Shown here one piece after another: positions 51,043-62,384 of a DNA stretch of 64,000 nt (its first letter is position 1; every line of letters begins with the position of its first letter). The stretch is from an uncultured delta proteobacterium (GTDB lineage Bacteria > Desulfobacterota > Desulfuromonadia > Desulfuromonadales > BM103), in assembly GCA_963707155.1 (NCBI GenBank), contig CAVPPD010000030.1, positions 2,578-66,577 on the forward strand. Direction: 5' to 3'. The notes beneath the pieces were generated by a model. That model saw only the letters and a list, made by a program, of their open reading frames with translations. It had not been told where the DNA came from and ran no database searches. Made by a program: the position numbers and the translations under genes.

Positions 51043-52788
51043 CTAGTATTCCTTGGGGTTATGTTCCACACCATGGCAGTTGAGATAACAGGCACCATGC
51101 CGGGCGGCAAAACCCTGCGCTTCGTACTTCAGCTTACCATCAGCGTTCTCAAAGACAACGTCTTCGTTGAACTTGAGGAGGTGCTGGTACTGCACACTAC
51201 CGTGTGCATCGTGACAGGTAAAGCAGGAGGTTCCACCCTGACCCCCAGAACGTCCCTCGATATGCAAAGAGTGATACAGGAAACTCTCGTTTGACAAGAT
51301 ACTGATGCGATCATGACACTTGTAACAAAGGGCATACTCCTGCTGGCTCTCGGAGCGTTCGTCATCCATCTGGTAATTCAGGACCAGCAACCCGGGATAA
51401 TTCGATCCATGAGGACCCTTGGGCCCATTGGGATCATCACTGCCATGGCAGTCACTGCAACTGATTTGCGACACATCCTTCGGTTTCTGTTTCTGGGCGA
51501 CATAAGGCTCTTTGAGGCTGATAACAAAGGTGTTCTTGCCTTCACCCTCAACCGGATGGAAAGAAGGATTCGTGGTTTTGAACTCCTCGTGTTTGTTGGT
51601 GGAATTCCCCGGCAGGTTGGCGCTCTCGGAGTGACAGCGATAACAGAGTTCATATTCCTGAGAGATGTCCGCCATGAAGTTGCCGACTCGTCGTCCGGTG
51701 AGACCACGATAAGGGTTTCCCTTTTCGACCACGTGAGATTCGTGACAATCGACGCACTCCGAATGACGTGCGGCGTTGACAATGTCTTCCGGGAGCGACT
51801 CGTTTTTCAAATGCACGCCCTGAATAGTCAGGACTGGATGATTGTAAGGTTTACTCAGCTCTGCAAAGATATTCGGCAGGGAGAGGCTGCCGGTGTTTTT
51901 CAAAAAACCTTTTTCAATCATCTCTGCCCGGGCAGTTGCATCGCTGTGGCAGGGCAGACATGTTCCTTCTTCCCCGCTGACAGCCATCTTCATGCCCATA
52001 TGGCACGCCCGGCAACTTTTTGACATCACCGAACGATCACCGTGACTCCCCTTCAGCTTACCAAGGCCGCTATTTGCCCGGACATGGCCCATGGCCCCGG
52101 CAGTTGGCGAAGACGGAGCCGAGGAGCCGCTTGCCGGCTGACTGGTGGGCTCAAAATCCGGCAAAACCGGCACCGGCTGACCGGCCTTGGGCTGGCTGGG
52201 CTGAGCGGGAGCTGGTACGGAGCTGCTGTCCATGACCTGACTCGAGGGTTCAGACACGGGTACAGACATGCGACCCTTAGGCTGGCTGGGCTGAGCGGGA
52301 ACTGGTACGGAGCTGCTGTCCATGACCTGACTCGAGGGTTCAGACACAGGCACAGACCTGTTATCCCCGGATCGGTTCCTGGGGTTGGAAACCGGCGTAG
52401 ACCTGCTGCCCAAAGGTTCGCTCATGGGCTCGAAATCCGGCAAAACAGGCAGCGTCAAGTTTTTGGGCTGGTTCTGGTTCGTGTTGCGGGAGGGCGGAAC
52501 AGCAGTGTCCCCCGCTGGCCGGTTCGTAAACACCTCTGGTGGTGCTGACTCCGGAGTGCCGTCCAGGGGTTGGTCCGTGGTTTCAGCCGCCGGAAGAGAG
52601 GACTCCTCCGTGCCTTCTACAGGCTGTCCCGAGGATTCGTCAGCAGGCAGCAGTTGCCCCGAAGCACTCGTTGTAGACTGGCTCATGGACTCCGAGACAG
52701 ACAAGAAGAAGCATGAGAGTGTCAATAACAGCACAAACACAAGCGGCATTCTATACAAAACGCAGACCTTCATAATCATTTTGTCCAT
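51043..52788 (-). CDS. multiheme cytochrome c (7 CxxCH + 1 CxxxCH) with Pro/Ser-rich N-terminal region
   Basis: CRACH, CLPCH, CVDCH, CYRCH, CSDCH, CYKCH, CFTCH, CYLNCH; signal peptide. Confidence 0.92.
   Translation of the reverse strand: MDKMIMKVCVLYRMPLVFVLLLTLSCFFLSVSESMSQSTTSASGQLLPADESSGQPVEGTEESSLPAAETTDQPLDGTPESAPPEVFTNRPAGDTAVPPSRNTNQNQPKNLTLPVLPDFEPMSEPLGSRSTPVSNPRNRSGDNRSVPVSEPSSQVMDSSSVPVPAQPSQPKGRMSVPVSEPSSQVMDSSSVPAPAQPSQPKAGQPVPVLPDFEPTSQPASGSSAPSSPTAGAMGHVRANSGLGKLKGSHGDRSVMSKSCRACHMGMKMAVSGEEGTCLPCHSDATARAEMIEKGFLKNTGSLSLPNIFAELSKPYNHPVLTIQGVHLKNESLPEDIVNAARHSECVDCHESHVVEKGNPYRGLTGRRVGNFMADISQEYELCYRCHSESANLPGNSTNKHEEFKTTNPSFHPVEGEGKNTFVISLKEPYVAQKQKPKDVSQISCSDCHGSDDPNGPKGPHGSNYPGLLVLNYQMDDERSESQQEYALCYKCHDRISILSNESFLYHSLHIEGRSGGQGGTSCFTCHDAHGSVQYQHLLKFNEDVVFENADGKLKYEAQGFAARHGACYLNCHGVEHNPKEY
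52185..52358 (-). repeat. two near-identical 90-bp-period direct repeats (30 aa)
   Basis: SVPVSEPSSQVMDSSSVP(V/A)PAQPSQPK twice; nucleotide blocks at 52191 and 52281 almost identical. Confidence 0.93.
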
Positions 52789-52824
52789 CGGCAGGATTCC
52801 CACCTCACGTCAACAAGTGCCTTT

Positions 52825-53583
52825 TCAAGGAATATTGTGAATGGGCGGCGGTGATGCGATTGTCGGAGCGGTATGACAGGCGTTGCAGACATCATCATAG
52901 TAAGAATCAGTCACAGTGCCCCGATGACGCCAGAACGGCAGACCATAAACCCCCCGGGTATCCTCATGCGGGTCATGACAGGTCGTACACTGCATCTGTC
53001 CTGAGCCGTCGAGAGGAGTATCGATAGAACCATCAGGCAGCTGGTAAGCCCCCGGCTTCGCAGGGTTCAACACATTGGCAAGAACATCATTGTTGTAATT
53101 AAAAGAAATCGGATGAGATGTCGCCAGATCGATCACCGCAGAAACGTTAGTGATGGTTTCACTGCCTCCCTCCATCGTGACGGGTGTCCCGGCAAGCACA
53201 ACTCCAATGGAAGTCGCACCATCATGACAGGAAAGGCACATACGTGAGGCACCACTGGGGTATTTTGCCGGGTCACTCGTCGTGTACCCTGTTCGGCCAG
53301 GGTCTGTTTTGATCGCCAGAGCTGAAGCATAAAGCTGGAAGGTGGCTGTTGTCGGGTCAGGTCGGTTCCAAAGTGGCGTCTGGGGGGCAGCAGAATGGGG
53401 AGTATGACAAAAGACACAAACCCTGTCCGTGCCACCGGCAAGCGTTGTCGCCGCCTTGGGGCCAGAGTGCGTTGCGAGATTAGACATATTGTGAAGGTTA
53501 TTACTGTCGGCAATTGACAACGCGCAGGAAAGCGATGACGTGGTCAGAACCAGCACTAATGCAATAAGGAGATTTCGTTTCAT
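52825..53583 (-). CDS. secreted tetraheme cytochrome c, OmcE-like
   Basis: signal peptide; CVFCHTPH..PLWNR, CLSCHDG, HP, CTTCHDPH, CNACH. Confidence 0.88.
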   Translation of the reverse strand: MKRNLLIALVLVLTTSSLSCALSIADSNNLHNMSNLATHSGPKAATTLAGGTDRVCVFCHTPHSAAPQTPLWNRPDPTTATFQLYASALAIKTDPGRTGYTTSDPAKYPSGASRMCLSCHDGATSIGVVLAGTPVTMEGGSETITNVSAVIDLATSHPISFNYNNDVLANVLNPAKPGAYQLPDGSIDTPLDGSGQMQCTTCHDPHEDTRGVYGLPFWRHRGTVTDSYYDDVCNACHTAPTIASPPPIHNIP

Positions 53584-53644
53584 AACTTATGTCTATTGAA
53601 CCGTTAATTCAGAGATATTTTTTGGGCTGATTCCAAATAAAACC

Positions 53645-53660
53645 TGCAATAAACACGCCA
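53645..53660 (-). promoter_or_regulatory. sigma54 (-24/-12) promoter of the cytochrome pair
   Basis: TGGCGTGTTTATTGCA: GG-N10-GC, ~60 nt before the ATG. Confidence 0.7.
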
Positions 53661-53690
53661 TTGGCGCATGCAGGCGGCCCGACAAGCTCA

Positions 53691-54718
53691 TCACGGAAGC
53701 AACTGGAAAGCCTGAATCCTGTGATTGTAGGAATCCGCGACGAAAAGTCGCCCTTCGTGGTCTATAAACAAACCCGCCGGCAGGTTAAACTGACCGGCCT
53801 GTCGACCGGCACTGCCCCAGTACATGAGTAGATTTCCCGCCATATCAAAGACCTGAATGTTGTCAAATGCCGAGTCCGAGACGAAAACGTGACCGGCCTG
53901 ATCAACGGCAAGTCCTTTCGGTCGTGCCATGTAACCAGCGGCATCGCCGAGCTGCCCGATCGTGCCAAGAAGTTCGCCCTGGGCATTCAAGACCTCAATC
54001 CGGAACGAAAAGGCATCGAGAACCAGAATTTCACCATTCGGCCCGACAGCGACATTCAGAGGCCTCGCAAAGAGCCCGTCCGGGTTCAGCCTTACTTCGA
54101 ACCTCAGTCGCCATCGAACCGTCAGCGATTAAAAACATAGACGACCCCGGCACCCGCGTCCGCGACCAGCAATCGGCCGTCATGGGCCAGGGCCATTCCC
54201 GCCGGGCGTTTAAAACCTCCCGGTGGCGCCCAGCTTTCGAGATATTTCCCGGCGGAGTCGAGGACAAGCACCTGACTGTGGCCCGCATCAGCCATAAATA
54301 CCCGCTGACGCTCATCATCCACAGCAAGACCACTCGGGGAAACGAGGCTCAATCCTGAGAAGTTCAGGAAATAATCAACCTTGCGGCGATTCATATCAAA
54401 GCGGTAGAGCATTTGTGCGACATTATCGGCCACCCAGACCGTTCCAGAACGACTGGATGCAACAGCGAAAGGACCGACAAGAGAAGGTTCTTCCTGACGC
54501 TCGCCAAGCAACCAGCTCAAAGCTCCGGAAGCCCTGGCAGTCTCTTTGAAATCCTCGGGGCCGGACAAACTGCGCAGATAGCGAACACGCGGCTGATCAG
54601 GGGGTTCCGGCCACACCAGGTTGACAGCCTCATCCTGCCAGGCAACCGGCCCTGAAATCGATCCAGCGCAGCCAGTCAGCAACAGACAGAGGAGAAAAAA
54701 GGGGAGCGACCTGATCAT
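53691..54718 (-). CDS. NHL-repeat beta-propeller lipoprotein (frameshifted read)
   Basis: lipobox LTGC, VWP.PP..PR, repeated P.GLAVD..G..FV.D....IQVF. Confidence 0.87.
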
Positions 54719-54730
54719 CCGCCAGCCTGC

Positions 54731-55706
54731 CTACTGGTCAAAACGCTCGATGGGATATTTTTCTTTAAGCGAGGCCATCCATTGTCGTAGAGTTCCTTCA
54801 CGCTCAGCACCAACAAGGCTGGCGCGAATCTTGGCTGACACTTCATCAAACTTCAACTGACGCTCCTCATCGACCTTATCAAGTTTGATGATGTGAAAAC
54901 CGATACATGGTTCGCACCGGCCCGGACGATTTCACCAGCGGACATGTTCTGAATGGCTGCATCAAATTCAGGAACCGTCTGGCCGGCATGAAAAGCCCCC
55001 AGACTACCACCCACATATTTACTGCGATCATCAGACTCGTAGTAGGCGAGGTTATAGAAATCTTCACCGGCGATGAGCTCTTTTCAGGAGAGCCTCGGCA
55101 CGGGCGCGTTTGACTTCCTTTTCTTCTGCATTATCTGATGGATCGACCTTCACAAAGACATGACTGGCTGTGAACAGCTTGGGACGGAAATATCTCGACT
55201 TGTTCTCCTCATAGTAGGCGGCGACACTATCGTCGGTCACCGTTATTTTCTCATCGACAGCGACCGATTCTGCCTTGCGGGCGAGCAGGTCGAGATAAAG
55301 GTCTGCTTTGATTTTGGCGGCACTGGGGGGTATGGACATTACTCGGCCAAAGGTTTATTTTCACTGAGTTTCTTCTGCCATTCTTTCTCAAAGGCAGCGG
55401 CGTCAATTGAGATCTCATTATCGATCGCATACTGCACCTTGTAAGCACGTTCAATCAGTTCATCAAGAGCCTTCTGTTTGATTTCGGCAATCTTCTCAGC
55501 ATCCAGACCGCCATGAAAACTGACCTGCATCGGCAGGATCTTTTGCGCACGAAGATCAACGTCCGCTTGGGTAATAACCAGGTTCCCGACCTTCACCACC
55601 TTGCTTTCTGCTTGCAGCAGCCTGTTCAATAGCAATGGCAGTTAAAGGGAACCATGCACACACCATGGCCAGGGCGATCAAAAGGAATTCGAGACGAAAG
55701 GGACAT
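54731..55706 (-). CDS. PpiC/SurA-type peptidylprolyl isomerase (frameshifted read)
   Basis: AGGAG RBS; SurA-N helices ALDELIER, ASHVFVK, GGSLG.FHAG, G.HIIKL across frames. Confidence 0.8.
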
Positions 55707-55796
55707 GAAAGACTTCTCCTTGGATGTTCTCACTGGTTTTTACACAAAAAGCACAGGGTAGATGCGTCATTGCGTAAACAGAGGGTTAATCCGGTC

Positions 55797-55825
55797 AATA
55801 TATAAAGCAATAACCCCAATGTCAA
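55797..55825 (-). promoter_or_regulatory. sigma70 promoter upstream of the PPIase-NHL genes
   Basis: TTGACA-17-TATATT. Confidence 0.7.
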
Positions 55826-55834
55826 TTCAGTAGA

Positions 55835-55880
55835 AATCAAACGAGGCGATTCCCTCTGAAAGGAATCGCCTCGTTTGATT
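55835..55880 (-). terminator. terminator after the tRNA cluster
   Basis: 19-bp inverted repeat AATCAAACGAGGCGATTCC/GGAATCGCCTCGTTTGATT. Confidence 0.75.
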
Positions 55881-55881
55881 A

Positions 55882-55958
55882 TGGCGGGGCTGACGGGACT
55901 CGAACCCGCGACCTCCGGCGTGACAGGCCGATGTTGTAACCGACTCTACTACAGCCCC
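55882..55958 (-). tRNA. tRNA-Asp(GTC)
   Basis: GGGGCTG acceptor, anticodon GTC, GGTTCGAGTCC, CCA. Confidence 0.96.
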
Positions 55959-55974
55959 CGATCGATTGTAAATT

Positions 55975-56050
55975 TGGTGGGCGAAACAGGGCTCGAACCT
56001 GTGACCCTCGGCTTGTAAGGCCGATGCTCTCCCAGCTGAGCTATTCGCCC
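55975..56050 (-). tRNA. tRNA-Val(TAC)
   Basis: GGGCGAA acceptor, anticodon TAC, CCA. Confidence 0.96.
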
Positions 56051-56060
56051 AGATTTTAAA

Positions 56061-56137
56061 TGGCGGGGCTGACGGGACTCGAACCCGCGACCTCCGGCGT
56101 GACAGGCCGATGTTGTAACCGACTCTACTACAGCCCC
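56061..56137 (-). tRNA. tRNA-Asp(GTC), identical second copy
   Basis: same 77-nt sequence as 55882-55958. Confidence 0.96.
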
Positions 56138-56258
56138 GCATCAGACAGAAAACAGGAAACGCAGTGCAAGGAGAAACCCTTCTTAACGTTTCCTGTTTTC
56201 AATTTCTTCTACAGCGACAACAGGGCTGGTCCCGATGTCACTGCATCTTAAACTGTAA

Positions 56259-56531
56259 TTAGTTGATGGCGTCTTTCAAGGCCTTACCAGCCTTGAACTT
56301 GGGAACCTTGGCAGCAGGGATGTTAATCTTGGCGCCAGTCTGAGGATTCTGCCCCTGACGTGCAGCACGGTCGCCCACGCTGAAAGTACCAAAACCAACC
56401 AAAGAGACCTTCTCACCGGCCTTCAGAGCATCTGTAACAGCATCAGTAAATGCTTTCAGTGCCTTCTCTGCATCGGCCTTGCTCAGTCCCGCCTTCTCTG
56501 CAATTGAATTAACAAGATCGGCTTTAGTCAC
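56259..56531 (-). CDS. hup: DNA-binding protein HU
   Basis: GGAGG RBS + GTG; K.DLV..IAE, GFGTF, G.NPQTG..I.I.A..VPKF.AGK.LK. Confidence 0.96.
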   Translation of the reverse strand: MTKADLVNSIAEKAGLSKADAEKALKAFTDAVTDALKAGEKVSLVGFGTFSVGDRAARQGQNPQTGAKINIPAAKVPKFKAGKALKDAIN

Positions 56532-56633
56532 AACATACCTCCACACGTAAAAGAATGATTAAGCCCTGCTGAAAACGGACTTATTTATATCAGACGCTTC
56601 AAAATTCAGTCAAGCAATAATTGGTTGAAATGA

Positions 56634-59053
56634 TCAATGATGGACCGATTTTTCTGAGTTCAACGCATAATCGCCATCAGCCTCTGACTGCGGTACCGGG
56701 AAGCTTCCCAGGATCGCTTCGTCAAGGACCTCATCCATGTGAGCAACCGGACGGATTCTTCAAAGCCCGACGGATTGTCATCGGGACTTCCTCAAGGTTT
56801 TTTTCATTCTCCTGAGGAATCAGGACGCGGTGAATCCCGGCTCGCTTAGCAGCCAGCAATTTCTCTTTGAGACCACCGATCGCCAGAACCCGGCCACGCA
56901 ACGTAATTTCACCGGTCATTGCCAGATCCTGATCGACGGCCAGACCAGTCAGGGCAGAGGCAATAGCCGTCGCCATGGTGATTCCGGCCGAAGGGCCGTC
57001 CTTCGGGATTGCGCCTTCCGGAACATGGATATGAATTTCAATGCGGCTGTAGAAATCTTCTTCCAGGCCGAGCTCCAACCATCTGGAGCGCACATAACTG
57101 AGCGCAGCCTGAGCGGATTCACGCATGACTTCACCGAGTTTGCCGGTAACGGTCAGGTTTCCCTTGCCGGGCAGGATTGTCACCTCGACATTCAGCAACT
57201 CACCACCGACCTCGGTCCAGGCCAGGCCGTTGACCAGGCCGACCCTGTGCTCCTCCTCCCGGACACCATAGCTGTAACGTGGCACACCAAGGTACTTTTT
57301 AATCTGCGGTGCGCCAACCTGGAAACGCTTGCCGAGCTGCCCGGCCCTGACAACCTCGCGGGCGATCTTGCGGAACACATTGGCAATCTCGCGTTCAAGA
57401 CTACGCACGCCGGCCTCACGGGTATAGCGCCGCACAACTTCGAGCAGTGCGGCCTCGGAGAATTTCACCTGCCCTTCCTTGAGCCCGTGAGTCTCCAGCT
57501 GTTTTGGCAGCAGGTATCGTTCTGCGATATGCACTTTCTCTTCTTCGGTGTAGCCTTCAATACGGATGACTTCCATCCGATCACGCAATGGCCCAGGGAT
57601 GGACTGCAGTGTATTTGCCGTGGCAATGAACATCACTGAAGAGAGGTCATAGTCGACATCGAGGAAGTGGTCACCGAAGTGTGTTGTTCTGTTCCGGGTC
57701 CAGAACCTCAAGCAGGGCCGAAGAGGGATCTCCCCGGAAATCCGTGCTCATCTTGTCGACTTCATCAAGCAGGAACACCGGGTTGCGTACGGCAACTTTA
57801 CGCAGGCCCTGGACAATCTTGCCAGGCATGGCGCCGATATAAGTGCGCCTGTGGCCGCGGATTTCAGCTTCATCACGGACACCGCCGAGGGAGACACGGA
57901 GGAATTTACGCCCCATGGCACGAGCCACGGAACGGCCAAGCGACGTCTTGCCAACTCCGGGAGGGCCAACCAGACACAGTATCGGACCTTTGATTTTCTT
58001 TACAAGGGCCTGTACCGCCAGGTATTCGAGGATTCGCTCTTTGACTTTTTCAAGGCCATAATGATCTTCTTCCAGGATCTCTTCCGCCTTGAGCAGGTCT
58101 ATCTGATCCTTGGTCCCCTTTTTCCATGGCAACGAGACCAGCCAGTCAATATAGTTCCGCACCACCGTGGCTTCAGCCGACATGGGTGACATCATCTTGA
58201 GCTTACGCAGCTCCGCACTCGCTTTCTCGGTCGCTTCTTTTGACATCCGAGACTTTTCTATCTTTTCTTCCAGTTCACGCAGTTCCTGCTTGAACTCGTC
58301 CTTCTCGCCCAGTTCCTTCTGAATGGCGCGCATCTGCTCGTTCAGATAATACTCTTTCTGACTGCGCTCCATCTGGCTCTTGACACGATTGCGAATCTTT
58401 TTTTCAATCTGCAGAATCTCAACCTCACGTTCCATAAGCGCCAGCAATTTCTCCAGACGCTTCAACGGATCCATTTCCTCGAGGATTTCCTGCTTGTCGG
58501 AAATCTGCACCGTCAGGTGAGCGACGATCGTGTCAGCGAAACGGCCAGGCTCATTCACGCCGGCAATCGAAGCCACCATTTCGGCGGGAATCTTTTTGCT
58601 GAGATTTGCATAAGCCTCAAAGGCACTATTGACGCTGCGCACCAGCGCTTCCTGTTCAGGAGAGTCACTCACCTGGTCAGGAAGTTGCTGCAAAGAAGTG
58701 AAAATGCACTCCTCCGTATATTCCAGATCAATCAGGCGAGCCCGAACCTCACCTTCGACCAGGACCTTGACGGTGCCGTCCGGCAGCTTCAGCATCTGCA
58801 CAACCTTACCGAGCGTGCCCAGATCATAGAGATCATTGGCCAGAGGATCGTCGGTCGTGGGGTCTTTCTGGGTGACGAGGAGCACCAGCTTGTCGTGCTC
58901 CATAGCCCACTCCAGAGCCTGAATCGACCGCGGACGACCAACAAAGAGCGGCGTCACCATATGCGGGAAGATCACGATATCCCGCAACGGCAGAACAGGA
59001 AATTTCGCTGTTTTCAGAGATTCAGGCAAGGCATCTGCTGAGACTTCAGTCAT
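56634..59053 (-). CDS. lon: ATP-dependent Lon protease (frameshifts near 57680 and 56757)
   Basis: [33 protein letters not shown]. Confidence 0.96.
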
Positions 59054-59095
59054 ATCAATATCTTTCAGCTGAGAACAAGACCGACAGAGACTCTA

Positions 59096-60343
59096 TCAGG
59101 CCGACTCGGCGCACTCGTAGATTACGATGGGTTGGACGCCCTTAAAAATCACATCTTCATTGATCATGACTTCTCTGACGCGGTCCTGGGAGGGAATATC
59201 ATACATAACATCGAGCATTGCATTCTCAAGAATGGAGCGTAACCCTCGCGCACCCGTTTTACGCTTGAGAGCCTCTTTGGCAACGGCAACCAGGGCGCCA
59301 TCGGTAAACTTGAGGCTGACATTCTCCATGTCAAAGAGTTTCTGGTACTGCTTGACGAGGGCGTTCTTGGGCTCGCAGAGAATTTTGACCAGAGCTTCTT
59401 CATCCAGCTCATCAAGCGTCGCTACGATCGGCAAGCGCCCGATAAACTCGGGGATCAGGCCGTATTTCAGCAGATCGCCTGGCTCGACATTACAGAGGAT
59501 TTCACCAATCTTCTGATCAATGTGCTGCGTGGACTTGGCACCGAAGCCCATGGTCTTGGCGCCAACGCGCTGACCGATGACCGTCTCCAGGCCGGAAAAA
59601 GCTCCGCCGCAGATAAAGAGGATATTGGTGGTGTCAACCTTGAGGAATTCCTGCTGCGGGTGCTTTCGGCCACCTTTAGGTGGAACGCTGGCGGTTGTGC
59701 CTTCAATAATTTTGAGAAGTGCCTGCTGAACGCCTTCACCAGAGACATCCCTGGTAATTGATGGGGAATCAGACTTGCGAGCGATCTTATCGACCTCATC
59801 AATGTAGATGATCCCTTTCTGAGCCTTCTCCAGGTCGTAATCGGCAGCCTGCAAAAGATTGAGAATGATATTCTCGACATCCTCGCCGACATAGCCTGCT
59901 TCTGTCAGGTTGGTTGCATCCGCGATTGCAAAGGGAACATCGAGGACCCTGGCCAGAGTCTGCGCCAGCAAGGTTTTGCCGCTTCCGGTAGGGCCGAGCA
60001 GGAGAATATTACTTTTCTGGATTTCGACATCACCAGATTTTTCTGCAGCATCAACGCGCTTGTAATGATTATACACGGCAACCGCGAGGACTTTCTTGGC
60101 TCGCTCCTGACCGATCACATAGTCATCGAGCGTCTCCTTGATCTCGACCGGTTTCGGCAGCCGACCGGCCCCCAGGGGGACCTCGTCGAGTTGAGCCTCT
60201 TCTGCAATAATATCTTTACAGAGCTCAATACACTCGTCGCAGATATAGACCGCCGGGCCGGCAATCAGCTTCTTTACCTCTTCCTGCTCTTTTCCGCAGA
60301 ACGAACAGGTCAATTGGTCACCATGGCCACTCTTTTGCGTCAC
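59096..60343 (-). CDS. clpX: ATP-dependent Clp protease ATPase subunit
   Basis: CSFCGK..CDEC zinc domain, [22 protein letters not shown] loop. Confidence 0.98.
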   Translation of the reverse strand: MTQKSGHGDQLTCSFCGKEQEEVKKLIAGPAVYICDECIELCKDIIAEEAQLDEVPLGAGRLPKPVEIKETLDDYVIGQERAKKVLAVAVYNHYKRVDAAEKSGDVEIQKSNILLLGPTGSGKTLLAQTLARVLDVPFAIADATNLTEAGYVGEDVENIILNLLQAADYDLEKAQKGIIYIDEVDKIARKSDSPSITRDVSGEGVQQALLKIIEGTTASVPPKGGRKHPQQEFLKVDTTNILFICGGAFSGLETVIGQRVGAKTMGFGAKSTQHIDQKIGEILCNVEPGDLLKYGLIPEFIGRLPIVATLDELDEEALVKILCEPKNALVKQYQKLFDMENVSLKFTDGALVAVAKEALKRKTGARGLRSILENAMLDVMYDIPSQDRVREVMINEDVIFKGVQPIVIYECAESA

Positions 60344-60365
60344 TACTTCACCTCAGTCAAGGAAT

Positions 60366-60950
60366 TCAGTTTTTTCTGGTCACTGTGTCGTCGATAATAC
60401 CATACTCTTTCGCAGCTTCGCTACCCATGAAGAAGTCACGTTCCGTATCGGCTGACAACTTATCAAGATCCTGGCCGGTATGCTCTGCCATGATCCGGTT
60501 GAGCGTCGCCTTCAGGCGAAGAATCTCCTTGGCATGGATACTGATATCCGTCGCCTGTCCCTGAAAACCGCCGAGGGGTTGATGGATCATAATCCTCGAC
60601 TGGGGCAGCGAGTAACGCTTGCCGGCGGCACCCGCTGCCAGCAACAGAGCCCCCATGCTGGCCGCCTGGCCGACGCAGATGGTTGAGACCGGGGCCCTGA
60701 GGTACTGCATTGTATCATAGATCGCCAGGCCGGCGGTGACAACACCTCCGGGCGAATTAATGTACAGGTGGATATCCTTCTCGGAGTCTTCTGACTCGAG
60801 GAAGAGCAACTGGGCGATGATCAGGTTGGCAACATGATCGTCAATCCCGCCACCGAGGAAAATAATCCGGTCCTTGAGAAGTCGCGAATAGATATCGTAG
60901 GAACGCTCTCCGCGACCGGTTTGCTCAACGACCATCGGGATCAGGTTCAT
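60366..60950 (-). CDS. clpP: Clp protease proteolytic subunit
   Basis: [27 protein letters not shown]. Confidence 0.98.
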   Translation of the reverse strand: MNLIPMVVEQTGRGERSYDIYSRLLKDRIIFLGGGIDDHVANLIIAQLLFLESEDSEKDIHLYINSPGGVVTAGLAIYDTMQYLRAPVSTICVGQAASMGALLLAAGAAGKRYSLPQSRIMIHQPLGGFQGQATDISIHAKEILRLKATLNRIMAEHTGQDLDKLSADTERDFFMGSEAAKEYGIIDDTVTRKN

Positions 60951-62288
60951 GCGTCCTCCTTCTCGGCTTTCTTGTCGCTCTTCTTCTGAGCTTTGGGTTT
61001 TTTGGCGGCGACCTCTTTGATCTTGGCGCTGTCCAGCAGGAAGCTGACCACCTTCTCCTCGGCAATCTGCGCCATCAAACCGCTGCGGGCTTCGGCGCCA
61101 GCATAATATTTCTTCACCATGTCGATAGGAGCATTGGCCATGGTGGCGATCTCTTCCAGCTTGGCATCAATTTCAGACGCATCGGCGCTGATGTTTTCCT
61201 GACGCCCGATTGCTTCGAGAATCAGGTTGCCGCTGACCTGATCGGTCGCCGTTTTGCGGTAATTCTCACGGAAGTTCTCCGGCGTAATTCCCAGCGCCTG
61301 TGGCGTGAGCCCCTGTGACTTCATACGATTGGTGATGTTCTCATACATATAGTCAAGCTGCTTGGCAATCATCGCCTCGGGCACTTCGATCGGGTTGTTC
61401 TCGATCAGTGTGCCGACCAGCTTTTCACGCAGGTCACCTTCAACCCGGTTGGTCTCCTGGGCTTCATAGCTCTTCTGCAGCTGCTCCTTCAGTTCATCGA
61501 GTGTATCGACACCGTAGCCTTTGGCAAATTCATCGTCAAGCTCGGGAACAATCTTTTCCTTGATCTCTTTCAGGACAACCTTGAAAACGGCCGGCTTGCC
61601 TGCCAACTCAGCCTGGCCATACTCTTCGGGAAAAGTGACTTCGACATCCTTGGCATCTTCGCGCTGTCATGCCAACCACCTGATCTTCGAAGCCCGGGAT
61701 AAAAGAACCTGAACCGAGTTCAAGGAGGTAGTCTTCGCCTTTACCACCGGCAAAAGCATCATCGCCGATAAACCCTTCAAAGTCGATCACGACCGAATCG
61801 CCCTTGCGGGCTTTTTTACGCGTGGAGACTTCGACCTGAGCCTGGGAGGCTCTCATCTCTTCAAGTCGGTCCTCCAGGACTTTGGGGTCGGCAACAAACT
61901 TTTCTTTTTCGAGAGCAATCTTGGTGTAGTCCTTAGCCGTTACATCCGGCTTGATTTCCACTTCGGCCTCATAGGTAAAGGCTTCGCCTTTATTGATGCC
62001 GCTGCTTTCAACAATGCTCGGCTCACCGACAGCAGGCATATCATTATCCTGCAAAGCCTTGAAGTAAGTCGCATTGATCAGACTGGTCAGAACATCCTGC
62101 TCCATCTGAGCGCCATAATACTTCTCCAGAACCGACTGGGGCACTTTCCCGGTACGAAAGCCTTTGATCTTGGCACTTTTGCCGATTTTCTTGTAAGCCT
62201 TGCTGATTTCCTTGTCGACCTGCTCCGGGGCAACCTCAAAAATCAACTTCTTTTTGATACTGCTGACATCTTCAACTTTGACATTCAT
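60947..62288 (-). CDS. tig: trigger factor (frameshifts near 61610-61670)
   Basis: GFR.GKVP ribosome-binding motif, FKBP domain [10 protein letters not shown], upstream of clpP. Confidence 0.95.
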
Positions 62289-62384
62289 GCGTTCGCTCCT
62301 CACTTCCTCGACCGAACCCCGTGTCAAACCGACACGGAAGATCGGCAACATCTTCGATAAGATTTTTTAGCAGAGATATTGAGT

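Noticed and set aside
55882-56137. Identical tRNA-Asp copies as att sites or misassembly
   Set aside because: They flank only a tRNA-Val and have different flanks; an ordinary tRNA operon
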